Source: an uncultured bacterium
GTDB lineage: Bacteria; Oederibacteriota; Muellerivitia; Muellerivitales; Muellerivitaceae
Reading direction: 5' to 3'
Length of the DNA stretch: 64,000 bases
NCBI GenBank assembly: GCA_964624625.1
Contig: CAZUXW010000006.1
Coordinates: forward strand, 13,896-77,895
Shown here: positions 1 to 10,102 of the stretch, piece after piece
Layout of the letters: each line of letters opens with the position of its first letter
Numbering within the stretch: position 1 is the stretch's first letter
The notes under the pieces: generated by a model
Seen by the model: only the letters and a program-made list of their open reading frames with translations
Database searches by the model: none
Told to the model about the DNA's origin: nothing
Position numbers and translations under genes: made by a program

Positions 1-39
1 GCAGATGACCTTCGCGTTTTTGCCTAAATAGATGCTCAT
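1..39 (-). CDS. sucD: Succinyl-CoA synthetase alpha subunit, N-terminal fragment (runs off window)
   Basis: ATG at 39 overlaps the sucC stop (ATGA); reads MSIYLGKNAKVIC, matching the SucD N-terminus; canonical sucCD order. Confidence 0.75.
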   Translation of the reverse strand, partial: MSIYLGKNAKVIC

Positions 40-1208
40 GAGCGCGCCCCCCCGGCCCCAGCCACCGCGGCCTTAGCCGCCTCGTCCATGCTGGAAGCGA
101 AACTGTATTTCAAGTCGGACTTCGACAGAAGCTCCTTGCCCTTTTCCACGTTGGTTCCCTCCAGGCGAACCACCAGAGGCAGGGAGAGCCCCACTTCCTT
201 GGCCGCGTCAATGATGCCCTGGGCGATCAAGTCGCACTTGGCGATCCCCCCGAAGATATTGACCAGGATGGCCTTCACCCTCTCATCGGAGAGGATGATC
301 TTAAAGGCCTGGGCCACCGCTTTCTGGGAGGCGCTGCCGCCCACGTCCAGGAAGTTCGCGGGGGTTCCCCCGAAATGCTGGATGGCGTCGGCGGTGGCCA
401 TGGCCAGCCCCGCGCCATTAACCAGGCATCCGATATTGCCGTCGAGGGATATATAGGAAAGGCCGCTCTCCGCCGCCAGCAGTTCGCGGGCGTCCTCCTC
501 GTCGGGATCGCGCCAGGAGGCGTATTCCTTATGCCGCGGCAGCCCATTGTCGTCAAAGGCCAGCTTGGCGTCCAGGCAATGGATATTGCCGTCTTTTAGG
601 ACCACGAGCGGATTCACCTCGATCAGCGAAAGGTCCAGGTCCATGAAGATCTTCACCAGGTCCTGGAGAAGTTTGGAACCCTGGTTGATTTTGTCGGAAG
701 GCAGTCCCAGGTCCAGGTGAAGCTGCCGGGCCTGGTAGGGGTGGAGTCCCTGGACCGGGTCAATGTAGACCTTCTGGATGGCCTCGGGCTTGTGGACGGC
801 CAATTCTTCGATCTCGGTGCCTCCCTCGGCGGAGGCCAGGATGACAGGACAGCGGTGGACCCGGTCCAGGACCACGCTGACGTAAAGTTCCTTGGAGTAA
901 TCCACGGCGGGGGTAATGAAGATTTTCTTCACGAGTTTACCCTGGGGGCCGGTCTGGGGGGACACCAGGGTCATGCCGAGGATATCACTGGCCTTCTGGC
1001 GGACATCCGTCTCGGTTTTGCAGAACTTGACGCCGCCGGCCTTGCCGCGGCCTCCCGCGTGGATCTGGGCCTTGACCATCCAGGGGCCCGTCGGAAATTG
1101 CTTGAGGGCCTCGTCCACCTCGGATAGATGCTTCACCAGAACCCCCGGCGTCACCGGCAGTCCATATTTGGCGAAGATTTCCTTGGCCTGATATTCGTGA
1201 AGTTTCAC
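36..1208 (-). CDS. sucC: Succinyl-CoA synthetase beta subunit
   Basis: KLHEYQAK start, KAQIHAGGRGKAGGV, GNIGCLVNGAGLAMAT, NFLDVGG, NIFGGI motifs; GTG at 1208 with AAGGAG SD. Confidence 0.97.
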   Translation of the reverse strand: MKLHEYQAKEIFAKYGLPVTPGVLVKHLSEVDEALKQFPTGPWMVKAQIHAGGRGKAGGVKFCKTETDVRQKASDILGMTLVSPQTGPQGKLVKKIFITPAVDYSKELYVSVVLDRVHRCPVILASAEGGTEIEELAVHKPEAIQKVYIDPVQGLHPYQARQLHLDLGLPSDKINQGSKLLQDLVKIFMDLDLSLIEVNPLVVLKDGNIHCLDAKLAFDDNGLPRHKEYASWRDPDEEDARELLAAESGLSYISLDGNIGCLVNGAGLAMATADAIQHFGGTPANFLDVGGSASQKAVAQAFKIILSDERVKAILVNIFGGIAKCDLIAQGIIDAAKEVGLSLPLVVRLEGTNVEKGKELLSKSDLKYSFASSMDEAAKAAVAGAGGARS

Positions 1209-1342
1209 AAGCACTCCTTTAAAGTTAGTTTTGCTTTAGAAGTAGCTGCGAACTGCCCGCCCTGCCCCGAACCCTCAAGGTGAGGGGCGGTTTTTGGCGA
1301 TGCCAACAAATAGTTGGTGCGACTGCGAGCCGTCACCTGCAT

Positions 1343-2755
1343 TTACTGGATATGGTTGTGGATCTCCAAAAAGATGTTCTTGAAGTCGTTGAATACCGCG
1401 AAAAGCATTAAGCCAGCGACCAGGATGAATCCCGCCTGTTGATAGGCCATTTGAAACTTGACCGACATGGGCCGCCGCTTGACCCCTTCCAATAGGCAGA
1501 TGACAATCTGGCCACCATCCACGATCCCCAGCGGCAGGAGGTTCATCAATCCCAGCATGATTGAAATAACCGCCACGAGGGAAAGGAAATCTTCCCAGCC
1601 TTGGCTGGCTTGGTGGTACATGAGCCTCATGATGGTCACGGGCCCCCCCACGCTGTCCTTCAATGAAATCTTTCCGGTCACCATTTTCCAAATGCCGTTG
1701 AGCATCTCCGAGGACTTATTAACGGCGAAATGGGTTGAATCCCCGAAGGCCTGAACGATTCCGACATGGTTAATGGTGGGAGGTTCCTTGGATTCCATCG
1801 CCATGATGCCGATCTGCTTATAAGTTCCGTTAAAAACCCGTTGGATGGAAACCTTGTGGATCTTGTGGTCCCGCGAAAACTCGATTTGAAGGGTATCTTC
1901 CGTGGTATTGCGGATGTAATAGGTCATTTCCGACCACTCGGTCACCTGGTGGCCGTTGATCGAAAGGATCTCATCCCCGTCCTGAATCCCCGCGTTCCTG
2001 GCGGGATTCCCCAAAGCCGCGGTTCCCACGATGGAGGGCACGAATGCGGAAATACCAAAAGACGGGTCCGGCGGCGCGTCCGGGCCGAATCCCATGGAAG
2101 CCAGGAACCGGAGGGCCAGGTTGTTGGATTGGGCCCACTCGCTCAGGGCCTTGGCTGGTCGTTCGATTTTCGCCTCAAGGGTCTTTCCGCCTCGTTGAAC
2201 GACCACCAGGGCGGATTTTCCATAATCGGGGAATAAATCATCGGCCGTTTGAAGATTCGTAATGTCCTTGCCGTTGGCCTTTAAAAGAAGGTCCCCCTTT
2301 TGTAGTCCGGCCTTTTCCGCCAGGCTCCCCGGGGGGACAAAACCCAAAACCGGTTTCTCCATGGGAATAATCTCACCCTTGACCAGGAAAAGGGCCGCCA
2401 CTAAAAAGAGGGCTGTCAGGTAATTCATGCCGGGGCCCGCCAAAAGGATGAGGATCCTACGCCACCAGGAAGCCGCCAGGTAATCCCCCGGCTCGGGCGG
2501 CTTGGCGTTCATCTCCTCGGCCGATTGGCCGCTCAAGTCCCCGCCCTGGGGCTTGCAAAATCCCCCCAAGGGCACGGCACCGATGGAATAGAGGGTCTTT
2601 CCCCATTTCCGGGAAGCGACCCTGGGAGGGAATCCGATGCAATATTCCTCGACGCCCACCCCCAACAAGCGCATGGCCAAAAAATGGCCCCACTCATGGA
2701 TGGCGACCATAAAGCAAAAGGAGAAAACCACTTCAATGATATGCAGGATGTTCAC
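1343..2755 (-). CDS. rseP: RIP metalloprotease RseP (M50) with two PDZ domains
   Basis: HEWGH zinc motif, two PDZ-like segments (GLQKGD.., GIQDGD..), NLLPLGIVDGG motif; adjacent to dxr. Confidence 0.93.
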   Translation of the reverse strand: MNILHIIEVVFSFCFMVAIHEWGHFLAMRLLGVGVEEYCIGFPPRVASRKWGKTLYSIGAVPLGGFCKPQGGDLSGQSAEEMNAKPPEPGDYLAASWWRRILILLAGPGMNYLTALFLVAALFLVKGEIIPMEKPVLGFVPPGSLAEKAGLQKGDLLLKANGKDITNLQTADDLFPDYGKSALVVVQRGGKTLEAKIERPAKALSEWAQSNNLALRFLASMGFGPDAPPDPSFGISAFVPSIVGTAALGNPARNAGIQDGDEILSINGHQVTEWSEMTYYIRNTTEDTLQIEFSRDHKIHKVSIQRVFNGTYKQIGIMAMESKEPPTINHVGIVQAFGDSTHFAVNKSSEMLNGIWKMVTGKISLKDSVGGPVTIMRLMYHQASQGWEDFLSLVAVISIMLGLMNLLPLGIVDGGQIVICLLEGVKRRPMSVKFQMAYQQAGFILVAGLMLFAVFNDFKNIFLEIHNHIQ

Positions 2756-2842
2756 TTAAATTCCTTGTCGGGAACTGCTGATTTCCGGGTTTCGATCCGG
2801 TCATTACTCATTACGAATGACTCGATCCTAATTCAAGCGGCG

Positions 2843-3991
2843 CTACAAAAGCGAAGCTTGCTGTCTCGCCCAATGATCGGCCATCAATATACCATCGAGG
2901 GTCCGGTTTGTCAGGGGACGGTATTTTGCCAGTGTTTTGCCGATAATTCTGGGGATATCGTTGAAGGAAATTTCCTCCCTCAAAAACCGGTTGACCGCCA
3001 CTTCGTTGGCCGCGTTCAGGACCGCCGGATAGGTCCCTCCCCTCCTGCCAGCCTCATAGGCCAGGTCCACGCAGGGGAATTTTTTCCGGTCCGGCTTCTC
3101 GAAATTCAATTTTCCGATTTGGGCCAAGTCCAGCCGGTTCACCGGCGAGTTGCCCCGCGCCGGGTAGGTCAAGGCATATTGGATGGGGATCTGCATGTCC
3201 GTCGTCCCCAGCTGCGCCAAAACCGATCCGTCGATGAATTCCACCATGGAATGGATGATGGACTCGGGATGGATCACGATGTCGATTTTGTCGAAGGGCG
3301 CGTCGAATAGATAATGGGCCTCGATCACTTCCAATCCCTTGTTCATCAGGGTCGCGGAATCAATGGTGATCTTGGGGCCCATCCGCCAGGTGGGATGGTT
3401 CAAGGCCTGTTTGAGGGTGATCTTGGAAAAATGCTTCCGGTTGAGGCTGCGGAAGGGGCCCCCGGAGGCTGTGAGGAGGATCTTGTGGATCTCCGCCGGG
3501 TTGGTGGATCCTGCCAGGCATTGGAAAACCGCGCAATGCTCGCTGTCCACGGGAAGAATCCGGGAACCGGACTTTTGGGCGGCCTTCGTCACCGCTTCGC
3601 CGGCCATGACCATGGTTTCTTTGTTGGCCAGGGCGATGTCCTTGCCCTTTTGGATGGCCGTCAAGGTGGGCTTCAAGCCGGCGGCTCCCACGATGGCGGT
3701 TAACACCAAATCCGCCCCCGACTCCCCCGCCACGGCGATGACGCCCTCTTCCCCCGCCAAAAGCTTCGTGGAGGTCCCGCGGGTCAAGGCTTTCAATTGG
3801 GGGAAAAACTGGTCATCCAAAATGGCGGCCAGTTTGGGCCTAAAAATCTTGATCTGCTTCGCCAATTCCTTGGCGTTGCGGTAAGCGGTCAGGCCAACGA
3901 CTTGAAAAGTGGGCTTGAGTTTTTGGACGACTTTGAGGGTGGAGATCCCAATGCTTCCGGTGGAACCCAGGATGGCGATCTTCTTAGGCAT
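2843..3991 (-). CDS. dxr: 1-deoxy-D-xylulose-5-phosphate reductoisomerase
   Basis: ILGSTGSIG, LANKE, PVDSEH, HPTWRMGPKITIDSATLMNKGLEVIEA. Confidence 0.98.
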   Translation of the reverse strand: MPKKIAILGSTGSIGISTLKVVQKLKPTFQVVGLTAYRNAKELAKQIKIFRPKLAAILDDQFFPQLKALTRGTSTKLLAGEEGVIAVAGESGADLVLTAIVGAAGLKPTLTAIQKGKDIALANKETMVMAGEAVTKAAQKSGSRILPVDSEHCAVFQCLAGSTNPAEIHKILLTASGGPFRSLNRKHFSKITLKQALNHPTWRMGPKITIDSATLMNKGLEVIEAHYLFDAPFDKIDIVIHPESIIHSMVEFIDGSVLAQLGTTDMQIPIQYALTYPARGNSPVNRLDLAQIGKLNFEKPDRKKFPCVDLAYEAGRRGGTYPAVLNAANEVAVNRFLREEISFNDIPRIIGKTLAKYRPLTNRTLDGILMADHWARQQASLL

Positions 3992-4179
3992 GAAAGAAAT
4001 TCCTTGAGAAACTTTTTACCACCAAGACATCCCCATGGTTCGAAGCGAACCGAGGGGACAGTACCGCCATCATTAAAATATTTTTAGTGCTGACGGCACA
4101 AAAAGGCACCAAGCAGAGCACAAGATTTTAACATCTTCATAACCAAAAGGAGGGGTTCGTTTTAATTCTAATCGGCATA

Positions 4180-4232
4180 AAAAAAGCACCAAGACCCTTT
4201 TAAACTCGGTGTCTTGGTGCCTTGGTGGTGAA
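4180..4232 (-). terminator. Intrinsic terminator after dnaK built from a CACCAAG-family repeat
   Basis: GCACCAAGAC (4186-4195) / GTCTTGGTGC (4211-4220) 10-bp stem followed by a U tract on the minus strand. Confidence 0.7.
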
Positions 4233-4238
4233 TTTTAT

Positions 4239-6182
4239 TTATTTCTTGTCTTTATCCACCGGTTCGTACTCGGCGTCGACCGCTCCGGCGTTCTTGTCTT
4301 CCGCCTTCTCGCCCTCCGCCTTGGCGCCGTTTCCGTCGCCGGCCGCACCGGCCGCGCCCTGCTTCTCGGCGGCAGCCTTGTACATGGCCTCCCCGAGCTT
4401 CATGGAGGCCTGGGTCAGCTCCTCACTGGCCTTCTTGATAGCATCCGTATCGTCGCCCGCGAGGACCTTCTTCAAGGCCTCGAGCTTTTCCTCGATGGAC
4501 TTTTTGGTGTCCGCGTCGACCTTGTCGCCGTACTCCTTCAAGGCCTTCTCGGTGGAATAGGCCAGGGTGTCGGCGTGGTTCTTGGCCTCGATTTTTTCCT
4601 TTTTCTTCTTGTCCTCGTCGGCGTGAAGCTCGGCGTCCTTCTGCATCTTCTTGATCTCGTCGTCCGACAACCCGGAAGAAGGGGTGATCTGGATGCTTTG
4701 TTCCTTGCCCGTTCCCAGATCCTTGGCCCCCACGTGCAGGATACCGTTGGCGTCGATGTTGAAGGTCACCTCAATCTGGGGAACGCCCCGGGGAGCGGGC
4801 GGGATTCCCACCAGGTCGAACCGTCCCAGGGTGCGGTTGTCCGAGGACATCTCGCGCTCGCCCTGGAGGACATGGATGGAGACGGTGCTTTGACTGTCCG
4901 CCGCCGTCGAAAAGGTCTGGCTCTTCTTGACCGGAATCGTGGTGTTGCGCTCGATCACCTTGGTCATGACGCCTCCCAATGTTTCCACGCCCATGGAAAG
5001 CGGCGTCACATCCAGGAGCAGGACGTCCTTGACCTCGCCCTTCAGAACGCCGCCCTGGATGGCGGCCCCGATGGCGACCACCTCGTCCGGATTGACGCCC
5101 TTATGGGGTTCTCTTTTAAAGAAGTCCTTCACGGCCTTTTGCACCATGGGCATGCGGGTCATGCCGCCCACGAGGACGACTTCCTGGATTTCCTCCACGG
5201 TGAGCCCCGCGTCCTTCAAGGCCTTGCGGCAGGGTTCCATGGTCTTGTCCACCATGTCCATGACCAGCTGCTCCAGCTTGGAGCGGCTGAGCTTGACGTT
5301 CAAGTGCTTGGGTCCGGAAGCGTCCGCGGTGATGAAGGGCAGGTTGATATCGGTCTCGTTGGTCGTGGAAAGGTCGATTTTTCCCTTTTCAGCGGCTTCC
5401 TTCAGGCGTTGGAGCGCCATGCGGTCGTTCTTCAAATCCACGCCCGTCTCTTTTTTGAACTCGTCCACAAGCCATTGGATGATGCGCTGGTCGAAGTCGT
5501 CCCCGCCCAAATGGGTGTCCCCATTGGTGGATTTCACCTCAAAAACGCCGTCGCCCAGTTCCAGGATGGAAACGTCGAAGGTTCCCCCGCCCAAGTCATA
5601 GACGGCGATTTTCTCGTTTTTCTTTTCTTTGTCCAAACCGTAAGCCAATGCCGCGGCCGTGGGTTCATTGATGATTCGCAAAACGTCGAGCCCCGCGATC
5701 TTGCCGGCGTCTTTCGTCGCCTGGCGCTGGGCGTCATTGAAATAGGCGGGAACCGTGATGACCGCCTCAGTGATGGGCGAGCCGATGTAGGCTTCCGCGT
5801 CCGCCTTGAGCTTTTGGAGGATCATGGCGGAGATTTCAGGGGAGGAATATTCCTTGTCCTCAATCTTGACTCGGACATCCCCGTTGGAGGCTTCCTTTAA
5901 GGTATAGGGGACCAGCTTTTTATCCATTTCCACTTCTTTATCGTGGAGCTTGCGGCCCATGAAGCGCTTGATGGAAAAAACGGTATTGGTGGGGTTGGTA
6001 ATCGCTTGGTTCTTCGCCACCCGGCCTACCAGCCTCTCGCCCGCCTTGGAGAACCCCACGACCGAGGGGGTCGTGCGGGCGCCTTCCGCGTTGGCGATCA
6101 CCTTGGGCTCGCCGCCCTCCATGATGGCCATGCAGGAATTGGTGGTTCCTAAATCGATGCCTAATACTTTGTTTGTCGCCAT
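4239..6182 (-). CDS. dnaK: Chaperone DnaK (Hsp70)
   Basis: [40 protein letters not shown]. Confidence 0.99.
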   Translation of the reverse strand: MATNKVLGIDLGTTNSCMAIMEGGEPKVIANAEGARTTPSVVGFSKAGERLVGRVAKNQAITNPTNTVFSIKRFMGRKLHDKEVEMDKKLVPYTLKEASNGDVRVKIEDKEYSSPEISAMILQKLKADAEAYIGSPITEAVITVPAYFNDAQRQATKDAGKIAGLDVLRIINEPTAAALAYGLDKEKKNEKIAVYDLGGGTFDVSILELGDGVFEVKSTNGDTHLGGDDFDQRIIQWLVDEFKKETGVDLKNDRMALQRLKEAAEKGKIDLSTTNETDINLPFITADASGPKHLNVKLSRSKLEQLVMDMVDKTMEPCRKALKDAGLTVEEIQEVVLVGGMTRMPMVQKAVKDFFKREPHKGVNPDEVVAIGAAIQGGVLKGEVKDVLLLDVTPLSMGVETLGGVMTKVIERNTTIPVKKSQTFSTAADSQSTVSIHVLQGEREMSSDNRTLGRFDLVGIPPAPRGVPQIEVTFNIDANGILHVGAKDLGTGKEQSIQITPSSGLSDDEIKKMQKDAELHADEDKKKKEKIEAKNHADTLAYSTEKALKEYGDKVDADTKKSIEEKLEALKKVLAGDDTDAIKKASEELTQASMKLGEAMYKAAAEKQGAAGAAGDGNGAKAEGEKAEDKNAGAVDAEYEPVDKDKK

Positions 6183-6253
6183 TGTTCTACTCCTCTTGTT
6201 TTATACTCGCGGCCATTCTAGGCCCTTCAGATTTCAGCCCGGTATGACCTCGG

Positions 6254-6844
6254 TCATCCATTGGCTGGTTTAGAGTGGTTCTTAGCCACTTTCACCAAAG
6301 CCGGCCTCAAAACCCTCTCGTGGAGAAGGTAGCCGCTCTGGAGCTCTTCCATCACCGTCTCGTCGGGAAACTTGTCCGTTTCCTCCTGAAACATCACCTC
6401 GTGAACCCGCGGGTCGAATTTCTCCCCAACGGTTTTCGCCTTGGTCACTCCATGCCGCTCCAAAATGGAGCGGAACTGCTTCAAGGTCAATTCCACGCCC
6501 TGCTTCAGGCTTAATAGACCCTTGTCCTGGTCGTCCGAGGGAAGGGACAGCATGGCCCTTTCCAGGTTGTCGACCACCACCAGCATCTCTTTTAATAAGC
6601 CGGCCTGGGAGAATTTAAGATGCTCTTCTTTTTCCTTCAAGGCCCGTTTCTTGTAATTGTCGAAATCCGCCGCCATCCAAACCAGCTGTTCCTTGATGTC
6701 GTCGTGTTTTTGCTTCCACTCCACCGCTTCGGCGCTGGATTCCGCCCCCGGCTTCGGGACCGGTTGAAAGGAGGCGTCTTCGTCTTTTTCAACCGAACTG
6801 GAAATGATCTCAATTTCCGGCTCTTGCGAGGAATAGTCCGTCAT
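6254..6844 (-). CDS. grpE: Nucleotide exchange factor GrpE
   Basis: ADFDNYKKR, FDPRVHE, GYLLHERVLRPALVKV; between hrcA and dnaK. Confidence 0.96.
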   Translation of the reverse strand: MTDYSSQEPEIEIISSSVEKDEDASFQPVPKPGAESSAEAVEWKQKHDDIKEQLVWMAADFDNYKKRALKEKEEHLKFSQAGLLKEMLVVVDNLERAMLSLPSDDQDKGLLSLKQGVELTLKQFRSILERHGVTKAKTVGEKFDPRVHEVMFQEETDKFPDETVMEELQSGYLLHERVLRPALVKVAKNHSKPANG

Positions 6845-6847
6845 GGT

Positions 6848-7885
6848 TTATCCTTCCCTTTGGGTGAGCGCCGATTCCAGGTGGAGGGCCATATGGCGGA
6901 CCACGCCCGCCACCCGGTCATAAGCCATCCGCGTGGGGCCCAATACGCCGAGGGCTCCCGCGACCTTCCCCTGGTAATAATATGGAACATGGACGAAAGA
7001 AAAATTTCTTAAAAAGGACTGGGGAAACTCGTGGCCGATCTCAACCGCCATCCCCGGGCGGCTCCATTGACGGCCCAGGATTTGGGCCAGAGGCTGTTTT
7101 TCCTCGACCAACCGCACCACCTGCTCCATCATTTGGACGTTTTGAAATTCCGGCTGTTCGGTCAGGAAGGAAGCGCCTTCCATATGGACCTCCTCACCCT
7201 TAAATTGAAGCGCGCCTTCGATCAATCTCAAGGCCGTCTCAAGGATGCCCAGCTTGGCTTTTTTGAGCGACTCCGCTTCCTTCAATAAGCTCTCGCGGAT
7301 TTGGGTTAAGGTCCTCCCCGCGAACCGGCTGTTCAACAGCTGGGTGATTTTAGTGATTTCCTTCAGCTCCACCGGGGCTTCGAGCCAGACCAGCTCTTCC
7401 TTGACCAATCCCCGCTCCAGGACCAGGATAACCATCACTTTCCGGGAATCAATGGCCACGATTTTAAAATGGTCCAGGGATATTTCCTGGGGCAGGTGAA
7501 AAACCGCCAGGCCCGCCAGCCGGGTCATGGCCGAAAGGATCTTCGCCGTGTGGCGCATGAGGGTTTCCACCTCATCCTTCGCCTTTTCATACTGCTGTTC
7601 CACCTGCTGTTTTTCCTTGAGGTTCAAGGCCCTCGCCTGCATGAGGCGGTCCACATAGAAGCGATAACCCTGGTCGAGGGGGATCCGGCCGGCGGAGGTA
7701 TGGGGATGGGTTAAATAACCCTTCTTTTCCAAATCCATCAGGACATGGCGGATGGTGGCGGAGGAGAGGTCCATGTTTTCCGCGATCAACTGGGAACCCA
7801 CGGGCTTCACCGTGGCCACGTAATGGTGGATGACCGAGGACAGGACATTTTCTTCCCGTTCCTGCAAGAGTTGGTTGAACGCCAC
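6848..7885 (-). CDS. hrcA: Heat-inducible transcription repressor HrcA
   Basis: PVGS..LSSATIR, PHTSAGRIP..GYRFYVD, LGVLGPTRMAY. Confidence 0.96.
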   Translation of the reverse strand: MAFNQLLQEREENVLSSVIHHYVATVKPVGSQLIAENMDLSSATIRHVLMDLEKKGYLTHPHTSAGRIPLDQGYRFYVDRLMQARALNLKEKQQVEQQYEKAKDEVETLMRHTAKILSAMTRLAGLAVFHLPQEISLDHFKIVAIDSRKVMVILVLERGLVKEELVWLEAPVELKEITKITQLLNSRFAGRTLTQIRESLLKEAESLKKAKLGILETALRLIEGALQFKGEEVHMEGASFLTEQPEFQNVQMMEQVVRLVEEKQPLAQILGRQWSRPGMAVEIGHEFPQSFLRNFSFVHVPYYYQGKVAGALGVLGPTRMAYDRVAGVVRHMALHLESALTQREG

Positions 7886-7926
7886 GGAGTATCTCCCAGT
7901 TCCAATTCGATGTCGAAGGCTTCATC

Positions 7927-7954
7927 ATAATAGGTAGCGAAGGGGGAATGTCAA
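7927..7954 (-). promoter_or_regulatory. Sigma70-type promoter of hrcA-grpE-dnaK
   Basis: Minus strand TTGACA-16 nt-TATTAT about 40 nt upstream of the hrcA start. Confidence 0.65.
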
Positions 7955-8005
7955 CGTTCCAGCGCCCTCCTCCCACCTGCCAAAATCACGGAAAATAATG
8001 GGTTC

Positions 8006-9112
8006 TCAGGCCACCAATACTTCCAGAAGTCCGTTCAGGACAAAATAGCCTTTGGAAGTGACCCGATAGCGGTCCTTTTCCAGGGCAAGAAAGCCCTCTT
8101 TTTGAAAAAGCTTAAACTTCGTTTCGTACGAGATCCCCTGGGATTGGGCGTATCGCTCGATCTCCCCCTTGGCAACACCTTCATTTGTCCTGAGCCCCAG
8201 CATTAATTTTTCAAAGGCCCTCACCTGATCCGGCAGATTTTCCCATTGAAGGGTTTGGCCTGACTTTAAGGATTGGAGATATTCACCCAGGTTGTCGCCA
8301 TGGCTGTGGCGAACACCCCGGACCGTACCCACCGCCGCGACCCCAAAACCCCAATAGTCTTCCCCCCGCCAGATGTTCCAATTATGGCGGCAGGATAAAC
8401 CCGGAAGGGAGAAGTTGGAGACCTCATATTGCTCGAACCCCTCGGCCGCCAAAAAGGCTTGGGCCCAGGCGTATTCATCGGCCACCTCATCCTCGCCGGG
8501 AAGCGCAAGTCCTTCCGCCACCTGCTTCGCCAAGGGCGTTCCCTCTTCCACCTGCAGGGCGTAAAGGGACAAATGCTCCGGCTTAAGGGCGGCGGCTTTC
8601 TGAAGGGACGCCTGGAACATTTCCAGGGTTTGGCCGGACAGGCCGAACATCAAATCGAGATTAACGTTCGCGAACCCCGCCGTTCGGGCGTCCTGATAGG
8701 CCTTCTCCACCCTTTCCCACTCGTGGCCGCGGCCCAGTTTTTTGAGAATTTCTTTTTGAAAAGCCTGGGCGCCGAAGCTGAGGCGGTTCACGCCAAGACC
8801 CCGATAACCCTTCAATCTTTCCAAATCGACCGTTTCCGGGTTGGCTTCCATGGAAATCTCCGCCCGAGGGTCAAAACCCGCCTTGGCCCCGAGGGCGGTT
8901 AAAATTTTTTCCAATTCCTCCGGTTGAAGCAAGGAGGGCGTTCCGCCGCCGAAATAAACCGTTTGGAGGGGTCCCTCCAGGTTCGAGGAATCGATCTCGG
9001 CGCAAACCGCGCCGACATAAGCCCTCATTTTGGATTCCATTCCCGCGAAAGAAGTGAAATCACAGTAACTGCAGATGGAAGTGCAAAAGGGGATATGGAT
9101 GTAAGCGTTCAA
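8006..9112 (-). CDS. hemW: Radical SAM heme chaperone HemW (HemN-like)
   Basis: YIHIPFCTSICSYCDF (CxxxCxxC), YFGGGTPS, YEVSNF; start moved to TTG 9112 (SD GAGAGG). Confidence 0.9.
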   Translation of the reverse strand: MNAYIHIPFCTSICSYCDFTSFAGMESKMRAYVGAVCAEIDSSNLEGPLQTVYFGGGTPSLLQPEELEKILTALGAKAGFDPRAEISMEANPETVDLERLKGYRGLGVNRLSFGAQAFQKEILKKLGRGHEWERVEKAYQDARTAGFANVNLDLMFGLSGQTLEMFQASLQKAAALKPEHLSLYALQVEEGTPLAKQVAEGLALPGEDEVADEYAWAQAFLAAEGFEQYEVSNFSLPGLSCRHNWNIWRGEDYWGFGVAAVGTVRGVRHSHGDNLGEYLQSLKSGQTLQWENLPDQVRAFEKLMLGLRTNEGVAKGEIERYAQSQGISYETKFKLFQKEGFLALEKDRYRVTSKGYFVLNGLLEVLVA

Positions 9113-9262
9113 AATAAAACCTCTCTCACCACAATCGCCTTCTCCCCTTCGGGGATGCGGCGGCACGAAGCCCGAAAATTAGGTTGAAGAATTTCTTCTG
9201 ATCAAAGATTTATTTCGAGTGAATTGCGGCCCCAAAGGGGGCTTGTGGCGAATGCCTTTCTA

Positions 9263-9970
9263 TTAATGGACGAATCTGAACATCCGTTGGAAATCCGGGC
9301 GGAAATTATTGCTGTGCCAGTAAATAAACCAAGCTTTGCCCTTGATCAGTTTCTCGTCCAACTGGCCCCAGTAGCGGGAATCCAGGCTATTGTCCCGGTT
9401 ATCCCCCATCATCCAGTAATGACCAGGCTCGATGGTCACGGGGCCGTAATTGACCTTGTAGGAGGAGGGTCCGTCCATTTCCAGGGATTCTTTCGGCGTG
9501 AACAGGTGCTTCACGTAGGGCTCTACCTGTTTTTCCCCGTTGCGGTAAAGATCCCCGTTGCGGAGCTCGATGACATCATTCGGCAGGCCGATACATCGCT
9601 TGATGAAATCCTTGGAATGGTCCTGGGGGTAGACAAAAACCAGGATGTCCCCATGCTGGGGTTTTTTAAACTCAAGAAAGCGGGGCGTTTTATTCAGCAG
9701 GGAATATCCGAACTCGTATTTCTTCACTAAAATATAATCCCCGATTTGGAGCGTATCCTCCATGGATCCGGAGGGAATCGTGAAGGGCTGGAGCAGGACC
9801 GCCTTGAGCGAGAGGGCCACCACCATGGCCACCCAAAGGGAATCGAGGGTCTCCACGGTTCCCGCGTTGGCGGGATTCCGCCGGAAGGAAGGAAATCCCC
9901 AGCGCAGGACCGCCTCCACCAGGGTCAAGACCCCGGCCATGATGTAAAGAATCGTGTTCAAGTTTTCCAT
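9263..9970 (-). CDS. lepB: Signal peptidase I
   Basis: IPSGSMEDTL (catalytic Ser), FIKRCIGLP (Lys), GDNRDNSLDSRYWG; ATG 9970 (the upstream ORF extension is repeat-derived). Confidence 0.95.
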   Translation of the reverse strand: MENLNTILYIMAGVLTLVEAVLRWGFPSFRRNPANAGTVETLDSLWVAMVVALSLKAVLLQPFTIPSGSMEDTLQIGDYILVKKYEFGYSLLNKTPRFLEFKKPQHGDILVFVYPQDHSKDFIKRCIGLPNDVIELRNGDLYRNGEKQVEPYVKHLFTPKESLEMDGPSSYKVNYGPVTIEPGHYWMMGDNRDNSLDSRYWGQLDEKLIKGKAWFIYWHSNNFRPDFQRMFRFVH

Positions 9971-9992
9971 GAAAAACTCCTCGAAAAATTTC

Positions 9993-10094
9993 ACCACAGA
10001 GTGAACAGAGTTACACCGAGTACGACCCATCCTTTTTACTTAAATCAAGACGTCCTTTAGCCTTACTCTGTGTTACTCCGTGTAACTCTGTGGT
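9993..10094. repeat. Imperfect inverted repeat pair, ACCACAGAG family
   Basis: ACCACAGAGTGAACAGAGTTACACCGAGT (9993-10021) versus ACTCTGTGTTACTCCGTGTAACTCTGTGGT (10065-10094), between lepA and lepB. Confidence 0.75.
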
Positions 10095-10102
10095 TAAAGG
10101 CC

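Noticed and set aside
4209-5900. 563-aa + strand ORF opposite dnaK, and similar long antisense ORFs (e.g. 16812-18065, 10190-10750, 2525-3310)
   Set aside because: Shadow frames produced by GC-rich codon bias opposite well-supported genes; no motifs of their own.
7960-7985. TTGGCAGGT..GAGGGCGC as a degenerate CIRCE
   Set aside because: The arms do not form an inverted repeat at N9 spacing.
9113-9166. N-terminal extension of HemW (MPPHPRRGEGDCGERG)
   Set aside because: It is the reading of a CTCTCACC..CCTTCTCCCC repeat-like segment; the TTG at 9112 with an SD gives a normal HemW start.
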